A DNA stretch of 64,000 bases, taken from contig CM060734.1 in assembly GCA_030704615.1 (NCBI GenBank), positions 38,750,001-38,814,000 on the forward strand. Direction: 5' to 3'. The notes under the pieces are model-generated. The model had not been told where the DNA came from, searched no databases, and worked only from the letters and a program-made list of their open reading frames with translations. Position 1 is the first letter of the stretch; the number at the start of each line of letters is the position of its first letter. Shown piece after piece: positions 51,901 to 61,188 of this stretch. A program made the position numbers and the translations under genes. Source of the stretch: Takakia lepidozioides. Taxonomy: Eukaryota > Plantae > Bryophyta.

Positions 51901-53036
51901 TGTTTGCGCCAATGGACATTGATTCAGCTGTTGAAGCTCTAACTACAGAGGTCTGCTCATGCTCTGAATTTTTCCTTTAGTCTTACAGTAATCATGCCTG
52001 TCTGTCTCACCCACACACACAGGTCTTGTAAGGGTTTAGCATATCTAAATGCTTTGAATGGTCACTAGCAATGGATTACCACTAGGGGAAATAGGTCCTT
52101 GTTGATATCCTATGACTTTCTCAGTGTTATTAAATCCCGCGCTTAGAGAGGATCAAGCAAGGTCAAGCGTGTTCAGGCATGACTTCTGTGTTTGCAAATG
52201 TGAACTCCTCAGATTATGGTGAGTGGATGATTTTAGACCACATAGCAATTTAATTAAGCCTTCCCAGGAAAGTCAAAGATCAAGGACTATGGGTACTTCT
52301 AGTTCACTGGCCATGACCTCGTGGTTGGCTTTTGTATGCCAGGTCGATATGTTTGCACCTTCTTTCATGGATGAGGTACAAGAATTTGATTCAGCTGTTG
52401 CAGCTCGAAATACAGAGGTCTGCTCATGATTTTTGGTTTTTTCCTTTGGTCTTGCAGTAGTCCCTGCCTGTCTGTCTCGTGCACACGCACACACATCTGA
52501 TTAAGGGTTAACATATTTGCATGCTTTGGATGGTCACTGGCAATGGATTATCACTAGGGGCAATATGTCCTTGTTGGTATCCTCCAACCTTCTCAGTGTC
52601 ACTACATCTACCTCATAGAGAGGGTTGGACAAGGTCAAGCATGTCCAGGCATGACTTCTGTGTGGCATTTATGTGAACTCCTCAGGTTTTGGTGAGTGGA
52701 TGATTTTAGACTATCAAGTTCTGATGCCTGAGTTTGATGGCTGTTGCTGAGTTCTCCATTGGTTCAGTTGTTATGTATCAAAATTGGACGGCAATAGGTG
52801 CTCGCTACATAAATTGACCCCCATGATCAAACTCCATTTATGATATAAGTTGTATGGGCTGTAAGTATGGTTCTAATAGCCAGCGCTTGCAGAGGACTAT
52901 GCCCATCAAGAGATTGCTTATGTTGATTGAGATGGCGGCTCAAGGGAAGGAGGGCGATGGAGCTGAGGCAGTGTATAAGGGCACTCAGAAGATCAACCTT
53001 GAACATTTTAAAGATTGCCTCCACGACCTTGCTTGA
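39987..53036 (+). CDS. NSF: Vesicle-fusing ATPase NSF/Sec18 (AAA+); 22 exons
   Basis: N-domain ([17 protein letters not shown]), [21 protein letters not shown], Walker A GPPGTGKT (44704-44812), [42 protein letters not shown]2 [19 protein letters not shown]-terminal [12 protein letters not shown]. Exons were traced from 39987-40144 through 52893-53036. Confidence 0.95.
40145..40775 (+). other. U12-type (minor spliceosome) AT-AC intron, NSF intron 1
   Basis: 5' splice site ATATCCTTTT, branch point TCCTTGAC about 12 nt before a terminal AC. Removal gives in-frame ...V-Q-A-H-D-L-V... Confidence 0.88.
42664..43004. mobile_element. Possible MITE in NSF intron 4
   Basis: 14-bp imperfect inverted repeat cgcacttgcag(a/g)ta at both ends, with internal palindromes (ccatgtggca..tgccacatgg). 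No clean adjacent TSD. Confidence 0.4.
51780..52711 (+). repeat. Tandem duplication (~460-bp units, 51780-52237 and 52238-52711) containing NSF exon 21
   Basis: Both units start ccacatagcaat.taat.aagccttcccagg and end ggtgagtggatgattttagac. Confidence 0.9.
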
Positions 53037-54293
53037 TACACGTGTTGACCTGATGTTCCATTTTCCCTCAAAATTCATCTGATTGCTTGAGCCTCCTTGT
53101 GAGGGACCACTCTCGCAGAGTCTACTAGAGTCTACTCACTTATGTGAACAATGGTTCCATCCTTCAGAATAAGTGAGTTGAGCAAAATCGGGAATGTTAA
53201 TTGTTATGGGTGAGTTTATCAAATTCATGGCATTATATTGCCAATATTTGGAACTTGGGTTTGTTGCAAGTTAGAGTTCTATATATGGTTCTGTAGATGT
53301 TGAGCATGTGTTCCCGGATGTGGTATCAGTATTTGCAAGCAGGTCCTAAGGCAATGTAAGTGAAGTCCCAGAACAGTAATGACTTGCGATGTCCCAAGGA
53401 AAATGGAACTTGTGCCTATGTGAATCTAAATTTATGTATACCTTTACCAACTGCCAAATTCATAGAAATACATCTTTCACGAGAGTTTTGTCTATGTAGC
53501 TATCTGAGTTCTTAAAAAAATAAAGTGGCACATCTTGCAAAGAGGACAATTGTCAATGAATTCCGAAGTAACAAATGTGAGCTATTGGGTTCTATTGCAG
53601 GTTGACACTTTCCTACAAATATACGTCCAGATTTCAAATAGGGTGTGGCTTTGTTTGAGTTGGCGGGTGTGTATGTGCAATCATATGCGATCTTGGGTCT
53701 CATTTGTTGGAGGACTGACCGCGCCTTTCACTGCTAATGTGTTTGTTACTTGGTTCCCTTGGTTGTCTGTGTGGGATACACTCAGTACATGGAGAACCAA
53801 CTCTATTACCCTATAATTGTAGTTCTCCCCCCCTTCCAATGTCCAGTTAGACTTTGCTCACATACATTTTTAGTCCCTTGACTGCACACCTTAGCCGATC
53901 CCTCTAAATGACCCCAAAGATGTTGGCCAGAGTATTCTCTTTTTTCGTTAGTCTTCAAATTCTTTTAGATGGTTACTTGGCGACAATTCAATCTTTGAGT
54001 TTTTGAAAAAATCAGAACTGTTTAAATCTAAAATGCATAATTTTGGAATGATTAGTTATTTAAGACTGTCATCAAATTCAAAACGGTTTTTTTATTAGCT
54101 GAGTTGAAACAATAGTATCAAGAGATAAAACACTCAGTGCGTAAGGTTTAAAATTAAATTATAGATCGAATCTTTTTGAATGGTCAGTTTTTTCGATATA
54201 ATTTGTCAATCCAGATGGTTGTCATGTGAGAACGAACATGATGTGTGGTTGTGGAGTAGAAATGAAGATGTGAGACTATTTGTGAAAATGTCA

Positions 54294-55035
54294 TGTGGCG
54301 TGACCACTATACAGATAACAAACTACTTTGTAGTTGCCCATGAATTCAATGCGTAGTACGGTAGGAGGTCATCGCCGTCTATGGGATGTATCTTCCTTAG
54401 TTGCAACCTGATATACTCCATAACATGCGCGTGTGTGTTATTTAGTGACATGTTCATGCAACGGGAGTGGGCCGTGGGATATTGAGGAATATCAATTCTG
54501 TCGGGTATTTGGGTTGTCGTGCACCTAAGCATCGTGCCACAACATACATCGTTCTCCAACCACACTTCCTAGCATATAGTCCTAGAAAGCCACACCACAA
54601 TGATACGGAAATGGTGAAAAGAGGAGAAACCACTCTATCACGTTATATAAGTCAAGCCAATGGCACATTTGCTAAAGGACTCCACCATACAGACCTCACC
54701 CACTCTCCATCTCAAGTACTAGAGCTATGGCGGCGAGAGAGGCCTCGGGAGGCTCGACTAGAAGAAGACGAGCTTGCCTACGTCTCACATGGAGATAACC
54801 TCTCCACATCCCAAGTGAGGTTCGCCACCTCACTTGGCACATGGAACCAAATGAAGTCCCAATGCCAACAAAATACAAATATAAATGTATAATGTCCTAA
54901 TTAGCTAGAAATAACTATTTCTAACTAATCACAAACAAAACCATGACAGCTGTCATGCACCTAAGCATCGTGCCACAACATACATCGCTGTCCAACCACA
55001 CTTCCTAGCATATAGTCCTAGAAAGCCACGCCACA
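54294..55035 (-). repeat. 3' LTR (742 bp)
   Basis: Bounded by the inverted termini TGTGGCGTG...CACGCCACA (TG...CA rule). Preceded on the minus strand by a G-rich polypurine tract (plus-strand cgccccccta, ~55038-55047). Confidence 0.8.
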
Positions 55036-55292
55036 ATCGCCCCCCTAGCTGGTGATTAGGTCACTCTAACACCGGATAGCTTGCAAGTATCCACCCCAAT
55101 AAGATCATCGCTTGGTCTTCAATCGCACAAGTCCCAACACATGAAGTCGATAGATCAAGAGGCCGGGTGCAAACGTAGCCCTATCGTTAGTCGCCTTCAT
55201 GCAATCCATGATCTTCAGTTGAGTATCCATAGCATTGAAACCCCACTAGCTAGACCTTGGATCACTTGTCCGCCTCACCATTGTCATGCCCA

Positions 55293-55445
55293 CTACCTCT
55301 GTCCAAGGCATCGTGGACACAACCATTCTCCGATAGGAACCTCCTCAAGTGGCGGTGTCAAGCATCCCATGTGCCACCCCCTTCAACATTTGTCACACAC
55401 CAACATGGTTGCGACACCACCAGCATGCCCACATAGCATGCAACG
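55293..55445 (-). other. PHD finger (C4HC3) at the C-terminus of the integrase
   Basis: CMLCGHAGGVATMLVCDKC*RGWHMGCLTPPLEEVPIGEWLCPRC, read through one TGA at 55383. Confidence 0.9.
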
Positions 55446-58400
55446 CAACCCTGCAGGTACCACTGCAAGGTTAGGATCTATCCTCCCATCCACATGTGGA
55501 AGGTGACATGGCGCACAATTGCGCACATGGTCCTTCCATACCATGCCATCTCGATCCTCCAGAATCAACACTCCTGAAGGCAACACCTCCCTGACCCTTA
55601 GAATCACACGTCCTGCGGTGATATCCAAGGTCGTAGGTGTTGTCTGCTGCAGATACACATAGTCCCCAGGGTGGAAACGCCGAACACTTGGCGGATATCC
55701 CCCTCCACGTATAGTGCCGTACCTCAATGTGTCTCGGTGTTGGGCAATAGCAAGGTTCTCAAAAGCCATAGGCATGACTCTCTTGAACAACTCTGCCCGT
55801 TAGGCACATGCTTGTGTCCACACATCCGGATCATCAAGGTTCAGAACTATTGCAGCCTCCCTGCGAATAGATGCAGGCAAATCCGGCTCTCGGCCGAAGA
55901 GAAGAAAGTAAGATGAGATGGAGGCAAGTGAAGCTTGTTTGCTGAACCTATAGCCCATAGCTAGCCAAGGCAGTTGAAGGTCCCAATCTCCTAGGTGTTC
56001 TTTCTGCAAACCGTACTTGCGCAAACCTCTCTTGACTGTCTGAACAACTCTCTCCGCCAAGCCATCAGCCTGGGGATGATCCTGAGAAGTAGTGTGGTGA
56101 TCTATGAAGGCTTGCTCACATAAAGCCTGAAACTCCCCCAAGAACTCTCTCCCCTGGTCCGTGAGTACCTCGGCTGGAGCACAAAAATGGCTAAGCACTC
56201 GATCTAAGAATGCATACGCAACCCCCTCACTTGCCTTGTCAGGCAATGCCACCAGTTCAATCCATTTGGAGAAGTGTTCCACCATCACTAGCACATACTT
56301 GTTGTGGCGAATCGTCAATGGCAATGGGCCTGCGAAGTCAAGACTCCAACGATAGCCCAAACCCATAATGGGTAAAGGATGCAATTGTGGAGTAGGGGCG
56401 TTGAAAGAAACCCGCACTCTATCACACACCATGCACCTTGCCACTAACTGTTGCACATCCGTGTGCATGTCTTGCCATCAATACTGCCCTTGCAGCAAAC
56501 TATGAGTGCGCCGCACCCCAAAATATCCCAACTCCTCATGGGCATGGCGTACCAATCGCGCTCGTTGTGTTGGATGAGGCACAATCCTCACTTGTCCATC
56601 CTCCCATACCCGAAGTAGGTGAGTCCCCTCCCACTTGAACCTCTTGGCTCGTTGTAAGACCCGATCCCTCTCCTTAGCAGTCACACTGGCTGCTGTCTCT
56701 CCGGTACGAAGGTATGCCCCCATTGTTGCATCTTCATGCACATCCTTAGCACCACCAAACTCCTCACTAATCTCTGGATCATCATGCACGCTATCTACAT
56801 GACCAATCGCATGGGATGGACCAGCTTGAGCTCCCATTGCTAGAATGCACAAAAAGGCCGATGCATGCCATCCTGGCACCATCTCCTCATCCGTCTCACC
56901 ATGCCACCGAGCTCCAGTATCATCATGCTCGCTCGTGCATGGATTACGACTCAATCCATCTGCATCCCGATTGACAATACCGGCTCGATGCACCACCTGG
57001 AAATCGTACTCTTGAAGCATAAGTGCCCACCGTGCAAGCTTCACTGTAAGCTTGTCTGACTCCATCAACCACTTCAATGGCTAGTGATCTGTGACAAGGA
57101 TGAAGATATTGTCATAGAGGTAGCATCTGAAATGTGTCACTGCCCATACCGCAGCTAGACACTTCTCTTCATAGGAACTATACTTCGCCTCGGCATCATT
57201 GTTCGAGCCGCTAGCATATGCCACTACGAACTCTCTTCCTTTATCATCTACCTATGTGAGCACTGCTCCAATCCCCATCATACTCCAATCCGTATGTAGC
57301 TGGAAAGGCGAATAGGCCGCCTCAGAATAGGTGCAGAAGTCAATCGAGCCTTGAGTTCCTCAAAGGCTTCCTCCTGCTCCTCCTCCCACTGCCACTCCTG
57401 ACCCACCTTGGTCAACTTGGCAAGAGCATTTGCAATGCTGCTAAATCCCTTGACAAACCGTTGATAGTAGTTTGCCAATCCCATGAAAGCACGAACTCTG
57501 CTCACATCCATGGGGCGTGGAATGCATGCAATGGCCTCCACCTTTGTCTATTGAACACCCAATCCTCCAGGGTATATCATATGGCCCAGATACTCAATCT
57601 GATTGTGGAAGAACTTGCACTTTCCGGGGTGCAGTTTCAACCCGTGCGCTCTCAAGCGCTCAAACACCACCTGAAGGTGTCTCTCATGCTCCTCAACCGT
57701 AGCACTAAAGACGATGATGTCATCAATATAGCACCGGACGAAGTCTAGCCCCGCGAGAATCCTATCCATGACCCTTTGAAACTCTGCAGGAGCATTCTTC
57801 AACCCAAACGGTAAGAACCACCATTGGTACAAACAATCTTTCCCATGTTGGTTAATCCCCCAGAATGCCGTCTTTTGCTTGTCAGCCTCTTTGATTGGCA
57901 ACTGGTGGTAACCAGATCGCAAGTCCAATGTGCTAAACACCTTTGCATGCCCAATAGCATCAAAGATCTCCTCTGGAGTTGGCATGGCATATCTATCGGA
58001 CTTAGTCTGACGGTTCACAGGGCAATAGTCCCCACACATCCTTCTTTTTGTCCAATTGCCATAGATATCCTTCTTAGCTGGCATCACCATTGCCGAGGCA
58101 TACTCCCCGCCTGACAACTCCACCAATCCAGCTTCGAACAACTCCATAGTCCTGGATCAATGACCTCTCCATGTCACTATACCGGTAGGGCCTTCAAAAG
58201 ATTGGCGTGTCACTTGTCAAATCAATACGAATCTCCTGACCCTTCAAACTCCCCAAATCCTTCAAACCGAAGGCAAAGCAATTCCTATAAGCCCTTAGAA
58301 ATCGCTGGATCCTCCGTCTCTCTCATTTGGTGACTGTAGGTCCAACATCTGGTTCCCAATTGTCCTCAGTGACTGCAACCTTGGGTACACCAGGCTTAGA

Positions 58401-58799
58401 GGTAGGAGACGAATCCTTTGATTGCTAGATAGCAACCTCTTGGGCCTTGTCCGCCCAATCTGACTATGGCGTAGCCTCCACTTGTTCCGCCATAGCCACC
58501 TTAGAACATCCTCTGAGCAAGAAACATTCTCAACCTCTTCAAAAACCTTGGTCACCTTAGCCTCCAACTGATCCTCAGTCCATGGCTCTCCCCACTCCTC
58601 ATACTGCTGTTTGAGAGATCCAATGACTCTCTCTTTGCGTATCTCATCCCACATCTGCCATGGGTGTTTGCAACCCACGATCCTGTGCTCGCCCCCCACT
58701 CACTGCCTCAAATCGTCCCGGTTGGCAGGGAAGATGCACCATCCAATGGGAGTGCAGAAGTAGCCATCAATGCTTGCAATCTTCGTTGCTCATCCATGC

Positions 58800-59750
58800 A
58801 CAAGCCAATTATCCATGTCAAGCAATTTAGATCCATTGCTTGACCCAACACTTGGCGGCGTGATGCCTCTGACAGAGCTGGCACATCTGTAGTGCCGGTG
58901 GCAAATCCCATTGCCCGCTTTCGCTCATCCGCATTGGGCTCCACCAATTGTTGTAGCACACTGTCCCAAATCAACCCAGGACCATTGTCTCGGAAAGCAT
59001 GAGACGAGGGAAAGCTCATGAGCGTAGGCAAGGCCGCACGTGGCTGCCCCACTCGATTGACCACTGCTAGCGGTGGACGATCATCATGTCGCACTCTCTG
59101 TGGTTGCCTCCCTTAGTCCAAAATGCCCTCAACTGTGAGATTGGGTGGCCGATGAATGGAATCGTATGCTCTCTTGAGGAGCTCTGGTGGTGCAAGATTG
59201 GTCCACCACAATCGAGGTTGATGCGCGCGTGATCCCACCGCTGCTGCATCCAATAGCACCGCCAATCCAATCCAAGACCGCACCTGATGCACACTGGCCA
59301 TAACCCTGGCCCGAGAATCCCCCATAAGATGAACATTCTCCAAGATATAGCCTAGAGGTTGCACTTGCCTCGTCTGCAAGTCCCGCAACACTTGCAACAT
59401 CTCCCAAAACAAATGCGATCGTGCATCATGCAAGCCATTCCCATGACCTGCGGGAGAGTGTCTTTGGCAAGGCCATCCGGCTATCACCAAGTCAATGGGA
59501 CCATGCTGCTGCAAATCATCCGCCCCCAGCAAGGTAATGTCTGATGGCAAGGCCTTTTGATACCCTTGAACTACTGAAAGAGGCAACAACTCAGGATACC
59601 GGTGTGTGAGCAAGGCAATGTGGCGCATGAAAATACGCCGAGCAATCTCATCCTTCTCCACATACAAGTACTTGCGTACTTTAATCCCTGCTTGCAACAC
59701 TCCTGCAAACCCAATGCTCATGCCTCCAAACAGGTCTAGCAAACAAATCC
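58800..59750 (-). other. C5 cytosine DNA methyltransferase domain (DNMT3/DRM-like) within the retrotransposon polyprotein
   Basis: Motifs I (LLDLFGGMSIG), II (YVEKD), IV with catalytic PC (GPIDLVIAGWPCQ), VI (ILENV), VIII (DAAAVGSRAHQPRLWWTNL), IX (ERKRAMGF..GTTDV) and X (RRQVLGQAM), in canonical order. One in-frame TAA at 59113. Confidence 0.9.
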
Positions 59751-61188
59751 CTGAGTCAGGTGGTTGCCAGGTAATGGGCACTGTGTCCAAAGGAGCTAAC
59801 TCAGGAGGTCTAGGTGATGTCACTGAACTCCCCTCACTCACCAATGGAAAGGCCTCCCGCCATGCTTGGTACACACACTTGCCTACTACTCGATGCAAAT
59901 TCCCAACTGTACCCCACAGTGGAATATGCACAGGCACATGAGGAAGCAAATCAGCCTCGTATGCCAATTGTTTGTCCTCATCAGATGATGGCCTATCATC
60001 TGCATGGCTATTGTCTTCCAAGAGCTCACCACCCCAAGCCACCACCCCTGAGAATGCAGCCAATGTGGGCATCATGTTCATATGATCCACCGCTACATTC
60101 CCAATAAACCGCACTGGGAGCAGTGCACGTCGGCCATCTCCTGACTGCCATTCCGGCCTGTAGGATGTCGTTTCCTCCCAAAAGTCCAAAGTGAATCCCA
60201 TGGGGTATAACACCGTCTCACCAACAAGCACATCATAAGACATCGCATCTGTAACAATGGCTTTAGCTCTCATGACTGAGCCGTCCGTAGGATGATCCGG
60301 CTGCAATCGAATGAAGAGCTCATGACGTGTAATCCCTCGTGCCTTCCCTGAACCGCCCAAATATGTTTGAATTTGGAAAAGACAAGGCTCCAAATCCGCC
60401 TCTGTAAGGCCCAAGCATGCAATTGCTAATCTTCCCAACATCAATGGCTGTGCTCCCGAGTCCAACAAGACCCGTAGTGGCCTATACCTCCTCCCGGCTG
60501 GGCCACCCAACTGAAACACACCATCCTGATTGTCCACCAGGACTACCCCAGGAGTCACCATACTACGCTCAATGGCTAGTCTAGCTGGCAATTCCTGCAA
60601 CCTTGCAGCTGCCGCTTGCCATGGTGCAGCTGTGGCTGTATTCACCCTTGAGTCCATGACATCCATGCACTGCACATTATCCGTTATCCCCGCAGATAAT
60701 GCCGATGCATCACCACTCTCACAGAGTCTAGCTGCTAGTCTGAACACAGCAGCTGGCCGAATCCCCGGCATTGCAATGGTCATCGCAGAAAACAATGGAG
60801 CTTGGCAAACCGCCGTAGCCGCCCCCAACAATGTACTGGCTGCACCCTGCTTTGCAGCACCACCCATTGGCATTTCCCGAGCCACACCAACTCTCCCCAC
60901 TGGTACTCGTGGCTCTATCTCTGACACACTTGGGTGAGCGGGTACCATCGATGGCGTAGTTGGCACTATCTCAGCCAATATGAAATACTGTGGAAGCCTT
61001 GTCTGTCGACTTGCTTCCCCCTTTTGTGGATCAAAATCCACATCTGCTCCTTTTGGCTCAGGAGCACGCGTTGCTGCTTGAGTGACAACAGCTGCAGAGT
61101 CCACATGCAATGGTCCAGCAAGTGCGGCTCCACACATGAAGCCCATATCAATCTGGTCTTCCCTAGGCATAGGAGGTTGTGCAGGCAA

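Larger units (their letters stand above)
54294..61188 (-). mobile_element. Ty3/gypsy LTR retrotransposon carrying a C5 DNA methyltransferase and a PHD finger; 5' part interrupted by a MULE
   Basis: Order on the minus strand: PR (LLDSGA), DNMT, RT (LDLRSGYHQ, LPFGLKNAP, YIDD), RNase H (TDWS..GAVL, TDH), integrase (HHCC, DDE), PHD, polypurine tract, LTR. RT-RH-INT order is gypsy-type. Confidence 0.93.
55293..61188 (-). pseudogene. Decayed gag-pol polyprotein (PR-DNMT-RT-RH-INT-PHD) with multiple premature stops and frameshifts
   Basis: ORF fragments 59113..61188, 58708..59094, 57548..58147, 57278..57541, 56478..57077, 55800..56468 and 55383..55790 are separated mostly by single in-frame stops; terminal TAG at 55293. 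Confidence 0.9.

Noticed and set aside
55383-59115. Programmed stop-codon readthrough or U-to-C RNA editing restoring the polyprotein
   Set aside because: Frameshifts and G>A changes accompany the stops and the locus is nuclear; mutational decay is the simpler explanation.
58800-59750. Bacterial restriction-modification methyltransferase or contamination
   Set aside because: It is in frame with a retroviral-type protease inside a gypsy pol, on a contig with intron-rich plant genes, and no restriction endonuclease is nearby.
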